Shown: positions 16,598-24,869 of the stretch, piece after piece
How the letters are laid out: the number at the start of each line of letters is the position of its first letter
How positions within the stretch are numbered: the first letter of the stretch is position 1
NCBI GenBank assembly: GCA_035299725.1
Contig: DATGWB010000023.1
Span: 1 to 43,898 of the forward strand
Reading direction: 5' to 3'
DNA from: Thermoplasmata archaeon
GTDB taxonomy: Archaea; Thermoplasmatota; Thermoplasmata; RBG-16-68-12
Length of the DNA stretch: 43,898 bases
Translations under genes and position numbers: made by a program
Notes under the pieces: model-generated
What the model was told of the DNA's origin: nothing
The model's input: the letters and a program-made list of their open reading frames with translations, nothing else
Databases searched by the model: none

Positions 16598-16730
16598 GTC
16601 AAGCTCCGACATATATTTTCTAATATGGTCACGTAACAGCTAAACAAAACCTAGCTCCATCCGATTTCGCCCGTTTCGGCTCTCCCGCTGATAGGATTAT
16701 GACCGTTCGCCGCGTTTCGCGGGTCGCGAC

Positions 16731-18101
16731 ATGACAGGTTGGGCGGAGAAGTACCGGCCCAAGACCCTCGAGGACATCGTCGGGAATCCCACCGCGGTCG
16801 CCGAATTGCGAAAGTGGGCCGCGGCCTGGGACAAGGGTCGGCCGGACAGGCGGGCGGTCATCCTCCAGGGCGACCCCGGGATCGGGAAGACCAGCGCGGC
16901 CCTCGCGCTCGCGAACGAGATGGGGTGGAGCGCCATCGAGATGAACGCCTCGGAAAGCCGCAACGCTGAAGCGATCCGCAAGGTGGCCACCCGCGGGGCC
17001 GTGCTCCAGACGTTCACCGAGACGGGCGACTTCGTTCGATCCCGCGAAGGAGGCCGCAAGCTCATCGTCCTGGACGAGGCGGACAACGTCTTCGGCCGCG
17101 AAGACAAGGGCGGGATCGGCGCGATCGTCGAGATGATCCAGGAGACCCGGCAACCGGTCGTCCTCATCGCGAACGACTACTACGCGCTGACGCGCCGCTC
17201 GTCATCGCTCAAGCGACTATGCAAGACCATTAAATTTCAAGGCGTTCACGAGGACGCGATGAAAAACATACTTCGAACCATCGCTTCGAAGGAAGGCGTC
17301 GAGGTCGCCGACGACGTCCTCGCGGTGATCGTCGAGCGGGCGGGGGGAGATTTGCGGTCGGCGATCAATGACCTCGAGTCTCTCGCGATCGGCAAGCGCT
17401 CTTTGGTCGCCGAAGCCACGCGGTCTCTCGGATACCGCGACCGAGCGCGGACGATCTTCCCGGTCCTCGAGGAGATCTTGCGGTCGGGCGATGCCCGTCG
17501 AGCGCGTGACGCGGTGCGGGAGCTGGACGAGTCTCCAGAAGATCTCATCCTCTGGGTAGACCAGAACCTCGGTCACGAATATGGCCGACCGGACGACCTC
17601 GTCCGCGGCTACGAGGCCCTGAGCCGAGCCGACATCTACCTCGGGCGCACCCGACGGCGGCAGCGCTACGGCCTCTGGTCATACGCGAGCGAGATGATGT
17701 CGAGCGGCGTCGCGGTGGCCCGCAAAGGCCGCGCCCGCGGGAGCCAACTCGAGTTCCCGTACTATCTGATCCAGATGTCGCGCTCCCGCGCGCAGCGGGG
17801 CGCCCGCAACTCCGTCGCGAAGAAACTGGCCCAAGCGTTGCACGTCTCGCAATCCACCGTGCGCACCGACCTCCTCCCGACCATCCGGATGCTCTACGCC
17901 GACGACGAGGAGTTGCGGATCCAGCTCACGGCAGAGCTTGCACTGGACGAACGAGAGGTGGCCTTCCTCCTCGATGAGTCGGAGACGAGCCACGCCGTGA
18001 AGCACCTGCTTGAGAAGGCGGCGAAAATCAAGGGTCTCCCGGACCGGGAGTCGGGAAGTGGCCAGCTCTCCTCTTTCGGCGAAGACGACGATGCAGCCTG
18101 A
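16731..18101 (+). CDS. rfcL: Replication factor C large subunit
   Basis: WAEKYRPKTLEDIVGN, Walker A GDPGIGKTSAALALA, LIVLDEADNV and an acidic C-terminal tail (FGEDDDAA, PCNA-interaction-like) are typical of archaeal RfcL. Confidence 0.9.
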   Translation: MTGWAEKYRPKTLEDIVGNPTAVAELRKWAAAWDKGRPDRRAVILQGDPGIGKTSAALALANEMGWSAIEMNASESRNAEAIRKVATRGAVLQTFTETGDFVRSREGGRKLIVLDEADNVFGREDKGGIGAIVEMIQETRQPVVLIANDYYALTRRSSSLKRLCKTIKFQGVHEDAMKNILRTIASKEGVEVADDVLAVIVERAGGDLRSAINDLESLAIGKRSLVAEATRSLGYRDRARTIFPVLEEILRSGDARRARDAVRELDESPEDLILWVDQNLGHEYGRPDDLVRGYEALSRADIYLGRTRRRQRYGLWSYASEMMSSGVAVARKGRARGSQLEFPYYLIQMSRSRAQRGARNSVAKKLAQALHVSQSTVRTDLLPTIRMLYADDEELRIQLTAELALDEREVAFLLDESETSHAVKHLLEKAAKIKGLPDRESGSGQLSSFGEDDDAA

Positions 18102-18600
18102 TGGGAGAGCCCGACAACGGGGGCTGGTCGACCGCCGGATCGTGTTCGCGGACTCGGAGCGCGTGGCCAACTATGTGTTCCCGTTCGTCGATCGGCGGTG
18201 GCGGGTGCCGTTCGTCTTGGCGGACCTGGGCATGGACCCACCGTTCGTCGTCCACGGCCCTTTCCGGCTCGATCAATTTCGCTTCCGGACGGCGCTTCGA
18301 ACAAGCGATCTTCGACGGATTGAATCCGTTTCGATCGCAGATCTCAGGGGGCTCATCCACTACGACCCGGGGTGGGTGTTTCGCCGCGTCGCCGATGTGG
18401 ACCGCAGCTGGAAGGAGGCCGTCTTCGCGTCGAATGTCGCAGCGCCGTTTCGACACGGAGGCCGAGAGCACACAATCCGCGACCTCGTGTTCTCGCCCGA
18501 TCTCAACTACCTCGAGGAAATCGAGGCGAAAGTTGGGCTGTTTCGGACCGTGAGCTTTCATCCAGGCGACATCGACTTGCTCACATTGCGTCGAGAGTAA
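18091..18600 (+). CDS. Hypothetical protein (no family recognised)
   Basis: I trimmed the track ORF 18010..18600 to ATG 18091, which overlaps the rfcL end by 11 nt. Codon third positions are strongly G/C-biased like real genes, and the composition is protein-like. The opposite-strand ORF 18028..18693 is Arg/Pro-rich and looks spurious. Confidence 0.5.
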   Translation: MQPDGRARQRGLVDRRIVFADSERVANYVFPFVDRRWRVPFVLADLGMDPPFVVHGPFRLDQFRFRTALRTSDLRRIESVSIADLRGLIHYDPGWVFRRVADVDRSWKEAVFASNVAAPFRHGGREHTIRDLVFSPDLNYLEEIEAKVGLFRTVSFHPGDIDLLTLRRE

Positions 18601-18646
18601 CCGCACCGATTCGTGGCTCTTTCCTACCAATCCGGCACGTCGTTGA

Positions 18647-18898
18647 CTAGAGGCGTCCAGGGATCGGACCGACCCTTTGGTTGTGCCGAGCAAAAACGGT
18701 GTAGGTGTTCGCCGCCCCGAGAAAGAGGGATAGAAAGAGAGACAGGGTCAATCCCACGGAGTCAAACGCGCCAACGTAGACCAGAGTCACAGAAAATGAT
18801 AACGCAAAAGACCCGAAGAACACGACCAAGGGCGCGTACCACCTCTCGAGAAACCTGTCCCAATTATCGACGCGCCGCCTCCAATGTCCTTCGTCCAT
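18647..18898 (-). CDS. Small two-TM membrane protein (hypothetical)
   Basis: I trimmed the track ORF 18647..19123 to Met76 (18898), because the full ORF would overlap the divergent taw1 start by 47 nt. It contains hydrophobic helices APLVVFFGSFALSFSVTLVYVGAF and LTLSLFLSLFLGAA. Confidence 0.4.
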   Translation of the reverse strand: MDEGHWRRRVDNWDRFLERWYAPLVVFFGSFALSFSVTLVYVGAFDSVGLTLSLFLSLFLGAANTYTVFARHNQRVGPIPGRL

Positions 18899-19076
18899 TC
18901 CGATGCCGAATCCGCTATGGGCTGCGACTCCCTTAATAGATCTGAGGAATCCCGCGGCGACTTCGTCGTTGAGGCGCGTATCAGTCTGATCTCGATGACG
19001 GCGGGGCCATGGTCCCGAGTCGAAGCCGACGGCCCGGGGAAAGCCCTTTAACCATAACGGATCATGCCGCGACGAA

Positions 19077-20015
19077 ATGGACCCCGAGAAACAAGAGGTC
19101 CTCGAACGCCAAGGATATCGCATCGTCGGCGAGCATAGTGGCGTGAAGCTGTGCCACTGGACGAAGGCCAGCCTAACGAGAGGCGTCGGCTGCTACAAGC
19201 AGACCTTCTACGGCATCGAGAGCCACCGCTGTCTCCAGATGACGCCTGCGGTCGATGCGTGCAACCTCGCGTGCCAATTCTGCTGGCGGACCCAGGAATG
19301 GGGCTCGAATTCCCTCCTGGCCGCGGACGACCCGGCGTTCATCGTCGACGAGTCCATCCGCGGGCAACGTGAGCTCCTCTCCGGGTACAAAGGGAATCCG
19401 AACGTGACCCGCGAGCGGTTCCTCGAGGCGTGGCACCCCACGAACGTCGCGATCAGCTTGACCGGAGAGCCCACCTTGTACAAGCGACTCGGGGAGATGA
19501 TCGACGAGTTCAAGCGACGCAAGATGTCGACGTTCCTTGTGACGAATGGGACCACACCCGCCGTCCTCCGGCGGATGCACGCGGAGGGCCGACTCCCGAC
19601 GCAGCTGTACGTGACCGTCGCCGCCCCGAATGCGGAGATCTATCGAAAGCTCGTCGCGGCAAAGTCCGACAACGAGTGGCACAAGCTGAAGGAGACCCTC
19701 GCGCTCCTGCCGACGTTGCCGACCCGGACCGTCGTCCGGCACACGCTCGTGGAGGGCTGGAACCTCGGCTGGGAGGACGAATACGCGGAACTCGACCGGA
19801 TGGCGAGGCCGATGTTCATCGAGTGCAAAGGCTACAGCTTCGTCGGCGAGAGCCGCCTGCGACTCCAGGCGGAAAACGTGCCGAGCCACGCCTCGATCCG
19901 GACCTTTGCAGAGCGGCTCGCGGATCGTATCGGCTATCAGATCGCGGCCGAGCGCGAGGACAGTCGCGTGGTCCTGCTCACGCAGGACGGCGCGCTCCAT
20001 CCGATTTCGCCCTGA
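19077..20015 (+). CDS. taw1: Radical-SAM tRNA 4-demethylwyosine synthase (Taw1 / TYW1)
   Basis: GVKLCHWTK...CYKQTFYGIESHRCLQMTP...CNLACQFCWR is the TYW1 N-terminal Cys cluster plus the CxxxCxxC-type radical-SAM cluster. About 312 aa, as in archaeal Taw1. Confidence 0.85.
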   Translation: MDPEKQEVLERQGYRIVGEHSGVKLCHWTKASLTRGVGCYKQTFYGIESHRCLQMTPAVDACNLACQFCWRTQEWGSNSLLAADDPAFIVDESIRGQRELLSGYKGNPNVTRERFLEAWHPTNVAISLTGEPTLYKRLGEMIDEFKRRKMSTFLVTNGTTPAVLRRMHAEGRLPTQLYVTVAAPNAEIYRKLVAAKSDNEWHKLKETLALLPTLPTRTVVRHTLVEGWNLGWEDEYAELDRMARPMFIECKGYSFVGESRLRLQAENVPSHASIRTFAERLADRIGYQIAAEREDSRVVLLTQDGALHPISP

Positions 20016-20069
20016 CGGAATCCACGGCGGCGCCTTTTATTACCCGCATCAGATACGACGCCGACGGCC

Positions 20070-20588
20070 GTGGTGGACCTCCTTCAGATCCTCAGCGACG
20101 CGTATCACACCCCGTGGCTGTACCTGCTCATCGCGTTCGTGTACGCGGTCCTCGTCGCGCTCGTCCTGCCGATCCCGATCGAGATCGCCCTCCTCGCGCC
20201 TCTCATCGAGCGGAATTGGGGCTACCTAGCGGTCATCGCGATCGCCATCGCGGCTGGCAAGACGGTCGGCGCGTGGCTGATCTTCTGGCTCGGGCTCAAT
20301 CTGGAGAGCTCCGTCCGCAAGTGGTCGGATCGCTGGAGCGTCGCGCGATGGTTCGTGGCGAGGGCCGAACGGCTGGTCGGCAAGACCGGGTATACCGGCC
20401 TCTACCTGCTCCTCAGCGTCCCGATGATGAGCGACACGATCCCGATCTATGTGTACTCGCTCTTTAACGAAGAAGGGAAGGCGCTCGAGCAGAACATGTT
20501 CCTGATCGCGAACTTCCTCGCGGCCGTGAACCGGGTCGCCATCCTGTCGGTGGCGTTCGTCATCGGAGCGAACCTCATCCATCTGTGA
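20070..20588 (+). CDS. DedA/VTT (SNARE-associated)-like integral membrane protein
   Basis: Multi-TM with LPIPIEIALL and AAGKTVGAWLIFWLG, resembling VTT-domain motifs. GTG start. TTTTATTA at 20035-20042 lies about 30 nt upstream. Confidence 0.5.
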   Translation: MVDLLQILSDAYHTPWLYLLIAFVYAVLVALVLPIPIEIALLAPLIERNWGYLAVIAIAIAAGKTVGAWLIFWLGLNLESSVRKWSDRWSVARWFVARAERLVGKTGYTGLYLLLSVPMMSDTIPIYVYSLFNEEGKALEQNMFLIANFLAAVNRVAILSVAFVIGANLIHL

Positions 20589-20612
20589 GACCCACAGGCT
20601 TATCCCGCGTGC

Positions 20613-21611
20613 GTGATTCGAGCGGCCGTGTTCGAGCTGCCCTCGATCCTGACGGCCGAGTCCCTCCTGGACAAGGCGTTCGGACGGGCTGCGAAAGCGA
20701 CCGCCACGGGACCGGACCGGGTCGGGCGGGCGAGGAACCTCGCGGTCGCCCGCGTGCGCGGCGCCGGGCAGACGATCGAGTCCACGCTGCGCGGATACGT
20801 GAAGGGCTTCCCGAGTCTGGACCGCCTGCCTCCGTTCTACCGCGAACTCGTCGACGTCCTCGTGGACCTCGGCCGGCTGAAGAAGCACCTCGGGGCGCTG
20901 GACTGGGCCGCGGACAAGGTGCGAGAGATTACACGACTGTACCGAGGAAAAGTCGGCCGGGCCGCGGGGAATGAGATCGCCGGAATGCGGCGGGAGGCGT
21001 ACGGCCGCCTGTCCTCCGTTGTGAAACAGATCGCTCCCGATCTGGAGGCGCTCATCGTCGCTCGCAAGGCCCTGCGACGCGTGCCCGAGGTCGATCCGAC
21101 GATCCCGACGATCGTGGTCGCGGGCTATCCGAACGTCGGCAAGAGCTCGTTCGTCCGGGCGGCCTCGACCGGTCGTCCGAAAGTCGCGGACTATCCATTC
21201 ACGACGAAAGGCGTTTCGCTCGGTCACTTCGATCGCGGCGTCCATCGGTACCAGATCCTCGACACACCCGGGTTGCTCGACCGACCGATGGACGAGCGGA
21301 ACAAGATGGAACGGCAAGCGATCGCCGCCCTCACCCACCTTGCGAACGGCGTGCTCTTCCTCCTCGACCCCACTGAGACGTGCGGTTATCTCCTCGAGGA
21401 CCAACGTCGGCTCCTCGGGGAAGTCCGGATGCTGTTTCCGGGTGTGCCTCTCATCGTCGCCGCGACGAAGAGCGATCTCAATGGTGGTCCATCCGATGAG
21501 ATTCGGGTATCGGCCGTGACCGGCGCAGGCGTCGCGGAGGTGCTTGACCTGCTTTTGGAGAAAGTCACCAGCCGCGGTCTTGCAATCGCGCCTCGATCGG
21601 CAGCGCCTTAG
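20613..21611 (+). CDS. Nog1-family GTP-binding protein
   Basis: An N-terminal helical NOG1-like region is followed by G1 [10 protein letters not shown]2 PFTT, G3 DTPG and G4 TKSD. Confidence 0.8.
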   Translation: MIRAAVFELPSILTAESLLDKAFGRAAKATATGPDRVGRARNLAVARVRGAGQTIESTLRGYVKGFPSLDRLPPFYRELVDVLVDLGRLKKHLGALDWAADKVREITRLYRGKVGRAAGNEIAGMRREAYGRLSSVVKQIAPDLEALIVARKALRRVPEVDPTIPTIVVAGYPNVGKSSFVRAASTGRPKVADYPFTTKGVSLGHFDRGVHRYQILDTPGLLDRPMDERNKMERQAIAALTHLANGVLFLLDPTETCGYLLEDQRRLLGEVRMLFPGVPLIVAATKSDLNGGPSDEIRVSAVTGAGVAEVLDLLLEKVTSRGLAIAPRSAAP

Positions 21612-22557
21612 CGTCCATGCCTTTCATCGCGAGACCGATGCCTTTCGAGACCTCCGCGACGGTCGATGGATCGTCGAAGTGGGCGACCGCATCGACAATC
21701 GCGCGGCCCCGGCCTTCCGGATTCTCGGACTTGAAGATCCCGGACCCGACGAAGACCCCGTCGCAGCCCATGAGCATCATCAGCGCGGCATCGGCCGGCG
21801 TCGCGACACCGCCCGCCGCGAAGTTGACGACCGGGAGTCGTTGGATTTTCTTGACCTCGGTGAGGATCTGAAACAGGCCTTCCGTGATCGTGTCCAGGTT
21901 CTCGTTCGCGAATACGACGTCGGCTTCGGAGACCGTGGCGGGCTCGCCGTGGGCGGTGCGGATCTCCTTGAGGAGCACCGTGTAGTTGTCCGCGAACTTC
22001 GTGGCGATAAGGTAGAGCTGTTCCTTGTTCTTGGCCTTCAGTTCCGCGATCGCGCTGTTCACGAGGCGGACATGCCGGACGGCCTCGATGATGTCCCCGG
22101 TGCCGGCTTCCCCTTTCGTGCGGATCATCGCGGCGCCTTCCCAGACCCGCCGGACGGCCTCGCCGAGGCTCCGGCACCCGCATACGAACGGGACACTGAA
22201 GCCCCTCTTGTTGACGTGGAAGAACGGGTCGGCCGGGGTGAGGACCTCCGACTCGTCGATCATGTCGACCCCCATCGACTCGAGCGCCCGCGCTTCCGCC
22301 TCGTGCCCGATACGGCACTTCGCCATGACGGGCACCGTGACGGAGTCCATGATCTCCTGGATCTTGACCGGGTCCGCCATGCGCGCGACGCCGCCAGCCG
22401 CCCGGATGTCCGCGGGCACCCGCTCGAGGGCCATCACCGCGACGGAGCCCGCTTCCTCGGCGATCGCGGCCTGCTCGGCATTCGTGACGTCCATCACGAC
22501 GCCGCCCTTCTGCATCTTCGCGAAGCCGCGCTTCAGCAGTTCGGTGCCGAATCGCAT
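21565..22557 (-). CDS. pdxS: Pyridoxal 5'-phosphate synthase lyase subunit PdxS
   Basis: [35 protein letters not shown] and [11 protein letters not shown], with the characteristic C-terminal ...RGW. Confidence 0.95.
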   Translation of the reverse strand: MRFGTELLKRGFAKMQKGGVVMDVTNAEQAAIAEEAGSVAVMALERVPADIRAAGGVARMADPVKIQEIMDSVTVPVMAKCRIGHEAEARALESMGVDMIDESEVLTPADPFFHVNKRGFSVPFVCGCRSLGEAVRRVWEGAAMIRTKGEAGTGDIIEAVRHVRLVNSAIAELKAKNKEQLYLIATKFADNYTVLLKEIRTAHGEPATVSEADVVFANENLDTITEGLFQILTEVKKIQRLPVVNFAAGGVATPADAALMMLMGCDGVFVGSGIFKSENPEGRGRAIVDAVAHFDDPSTVAEVSKGIGLAMKGMDAKALPIEARLQDRGW

Positions 22558-22741
22558 CCGCGTCAGGTCGAGGTCGAGGGGGATGGTATTCCTCCGGTGC
22601 GAGCTTACGGTCCGTGGGTATTTCTATTTTGCGTGGCGAGGTTCGTGAACGACTCACCTCACTCCGGATTTGCGTGCCCCGAGGGAAAAGAGCGGTGACG
22701 GCGGGAAACGCTTAAGTGAACCCTCCCTTTCCTCACGCCCC

Positions 22742-23278
22742 GTGCGGGTCGTCTGCGTCACGGGCATGCCCGGATGCGGCAAGGAGGAGGTCCTTGCGGT
22801 GGCGAAGGATCTCGGCTTTTCCATCGTCCGAATGGGCGATGTCGTTCGGGAAGAAGCCCAGCGTCGGGGCCTCCCTGTGACCGATTCAGCGGTCGGCGGG
22901 ATGGCCACCGCGGAGCGGGAGGCCCACGGATTCGGAATCTGGGCGGAGCGGACGCTGCCGAGAATCCACGGCGAGCGAATCGTCGTGGACGGACTGCGGG
23001 GCCGGGCGGAGCTCGACGTCTTCCGGAAGGCCTTCGGAGAGGCGCTCGTGGTCCTCGCGGTCCACGCATCCCCGAAGACCCGGCATGAGCGGATGCTGCG
23101 ACGAAAGCGCTTGGACGATGCACTCACGATCGAAGCGGTTCGCGCACGGGACCTCCGCGAACTGAGCTGGGGACTCGGCGAGGTCATCGCGACGGCCGAC
23201 ATCATGCTCGTGAACGAATCGAGCCTGGACGAATTCCGCAGGCAGGCGCGCGTGGCCCTGGAGCGGCTCCATGGCTGA
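22742..23278 (+). CDS. P-loop nucleotide kinase-like protein (UPF0200 / dephospho-CoA-kinase-like family)
   Basis: I trimmed to GTG 22742. VRVVCVTGMPGCGKEEVLAVAKDLGFSIVRMGDVVREEAQRRGL matches the N-terminal pattern I recall for archaeal UPF0200 proteins. CTTAAG lies about 30 nt upstream. Confidence 0.6.
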   Translation: MRVVCVTGMPGCGKEEVLAVAKDLGFSIVRMGDVVREEAQRRGLPVTDSAVGGMATAEREAHGFGIWAERTLPRIHGERIVVDGLRGRAELDVFRKAFGEALVVLAVHASPKTRHERMLRRKRLDDALTIEAVRARDLRELSWGLGEVIATADIMLVNESSLDEFRRQARVALERLHG

Positions 23279-23705
23279 CCTCCCGATCCGCCGGATCGAA
23301 GCTCGGACCTATTGTCACGCCACGGAAGAGGAAGAGAGGGTGGCCGCGGCCCTCGCGTTCGCGGTCCCTGAAGGGGTGACGTCTCGGGAGGAACTGGAGG
23401 GCCACTTCGGCAATTCCCTAGTCCGGCTCGTGCGCCGCGTCGAGAAACGTCCCGCCATCCGGGCGGTCTGGTCATACTGGGCCGCGGCCGGCGTTCCCTC
23501 GGCCATCGCGCGAGATCTTGAGGCGCGCCTCGACGATGACGGCGTCCTCCACTTTCGGTTCGAAAAACAAGCCGCATTCCTGGAGAGGCTCGAACTCGCG
23601 CACGATTCAGATGCGATCGACGTCCGACTGAAGCTAATCGCCTACCCCGCGAAGCCGGCAGAGACCCGGCGGGTCGCCCGTGCGATGCTCGCGGAGGCAC
23701 CGTGA
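23271..23705 (+). CDS. UPF0201-like putative RNA-binding protein (predicted exosome-associated family)
   Basis: About 144 aa. The early CHATEEEERV resembles the xPTEDxEKV motif of UPF0201. 8-nt overlap with the upstream kinase-like gene. Assignment is from memory of the family pattern only. Confidence 0.45.
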   Translation: MADLPIRRIEARTYCHATEEEERVAAALAFAVPEGVTSREELEGHFGNSLVRLVRRVEKRPAIRAVWSYWAAAGVPSAIARDLEARLDDDGVLHFRFEKQAAFLERLELAHDSDAIDVRLKLIAYPAKPAETRRVARAMLAEAP

Positions 23706-24869
23706 ATGCGCCTCACGCGGGCCCAGCGGAATCTGCTGGAGGAGGGGACAGAGTCCCAGCGCAAGGCGATGCAGATCCTGCTTGCGGTGGGCCGCCTCGC
23801 CGAAGCACCGCGCCTCGTCCCGATCACCTCGGCGCACGTGTCCGGCGTCTCGTACAAGATGATCGGGGACCCGGGCCTCGAGTTCCTCGAGGATTTCGCG
23901 CGGGACGCGCGGGTCGCGGTGCCGACGACCGTCAACCCGCTCGGGACGGATCTCGCGCAGTGGCAGGCGCTCGGCGTCCCGCCGTCGTTCGCGGAGAAGC
24001 AAGGACGCATCGCGAGCGCCTACGAGGCGATGGGAGTCCATCGCTCGTTCACCTGCACTCCGTATCTCATTGGCGTCCGACCGACCTTCGGTGAACACGT
24101 CGCCTGGGCGGAATCGAGTGCCGTGTGTTTCGCGAACTCGGTCCTTGGTGCCCGCACGAACCGGGAGGGCGGTCCCGCGGCCCTCGCCGCCGCCGTCGTC
24201 GGAGCGACACCGGACTACGGACTTCACAGAGACGAAGGTCGAGAACCCACGGTGATCGTGAAGGTCGGCGTGGAACCGCGAGGCATCGACTACTCCCTGA
24301 TCGGACTCGTCGCCGGAGAGCGAGTGGGCGACGGCCTTCCGTTCTTCCGCGGCTTCCGCGGGACCGAGGGAGACCTCAAGTGGCTCGGCGCGGCGCTCGC
24401 TTCCTCGGGCGCATGCTCAATGTTCCATCTGGAGGGCGTAACGCCCGAGTTCCGACGCGCGCGTGTGAAGGGCCTGAAGTCGATCGCGATTACCAAGGAA
24501 GATCTGGTTGCCGCGAAACGGGCGCACACCGACGGGACCGAAGCCGAGATGATCGGCCTCGGGTCCCCGCAACTCTCCTCGGACGAACTGCGAGAAGTCG
24601 CGCGGCTCGTCGACCGCACGCCGCCTCGGATCCCGGTTTGGGTGTTCACGAGTCGGATCGCGCGCGATGCGAATCCGGATGCCGTCGCGACAATCGAACG
24701 CCGCGGCGGTCGCGTCCTCGCGGATACGTGCCTCGAGGTCACGTTGCTCGAGCACCGATTCGGCACCGTCGCTACGCCGTCGGGGAAGGGGGCGTACTAC
24801 TTGCCGAGCCTCTCGCGGCAGAAGGTCGTCTTCGAGGAACTACAAACGCTGTTGGAGCGCTACGGATGA
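23706..24869 (+). CDS. Aconitase X (AcnX) large/catalytic subunit, DUF521; archaeal phosphomevalonate-dehydratase type
   Basis: ITSAHVSGVSYK, FTCTPYL and WAESSAVCFANSVLGARTNREGG are DUF521/AcnX signatures. About 387 aa. Confidence 0.8.
   Translation: MRLTRAQRNLLEEGTESQRKAMQILLAVGRLAEAPRLVPITSAHVSGVSYKMIGDPGLEFLEDFARDARVAVPTTVNPLGTDLAQWQALGVPPSFAEKQGRIASAYEAMGVHRSFTCTPYLIGVRPTFGEHVAWAESSAVCFANSVLGARTNREGGPAALAAAVVGATPDYGLHRDEGREPTVIVKVGVEPRGIDYSLIGLVAGERVGDGLPFFRGFRGTEGDLKWLGAALASSGACSMFHLEGVTPEFRRARVKGLKSIAITKEDLVAAKRAHTDGTEAEMIGLGSPQLSSDELREVARLVDRTPPRIPVWVFTSRIARDANPDAVATIERRGGRVLADTCLEVTLLEHRFGTVATPSGKGAYYLPSLSRQKVVFEELQTLLERYG

Larger units (their letters stand above)
14282..16730 (+). 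mobile_element. Putative integrated-element remnant: two serine-recombinase-type genes plus a small RHH gene, bounded by lower-GC spacers
   Basis: It lies between two housekeeping genes (hmgA, rfcL). The flanking spacers 14282-14584 and 16237-16730 are visibly AT-richer than the rest of the window. The recombinase genes are described below. No flanking att repeats were identified, so the boundaries are approximate. Confidence 0.4.

Noticed and set aside
16423-16647. 74-aa minus-strand ORF, and the 70-aa plus-strand ORF 16236..16448, in the right-hand island spacer
   Set aside because: The translations are Ser/Arg-rich. The plus-strand 50-codon RHH frame is the only one with a coherent fold pattern and an upstream operator-like palindrome.
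18028-18693. 221-aa minus-strand ORF opposite the hypothetical gene after rfcL
   Set aside because: Arg/Pro/Asp-rich, it overlaps the rfcL end, and the plus-strand frame has the better codon bias.
18899-19123. Long version of the small membrane ORF (start at 19123)
   Set aside because: It would overlap the divergent taw1 start codon region by 47 nt. There is no alternative start between Met1 and Met76, so I used Met76. The N-terminal 75 codons may still be real.
20226-21404. 392-aa minus-strand ORF antisense to the DedA-like and Nog1 genes
   Set aside because: It spans two well-supported plus-strand genes and their spacer, and has low-complexity Arg/Asp/Pro composition.
21544-22698. 384-aa plus-strand and 349-aa minus-strand alternate-frame ORFs over pdxS
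   Set aside because: PdxS in the 21565..22557 frame is near-certain. The others are GC-driven open frames.
22654-23700. 348-aa minus-strand ORF over the UPF0200/UPF0201 genes
   Set aside because: Ser/Arg/Pro-rich and antisense to two tightly coupled plus-strand genes with recognisable motifs (P-loop).
24125-24865. N-terminal 247 codons of the 510-aa track ORF leading into the AcnX-S-Nudix gene
   Set aside because: It is out of frame within the AcnX large-subunit gene and Arg-rich. ATG 24866 with the ATGA overlap is the natural start.
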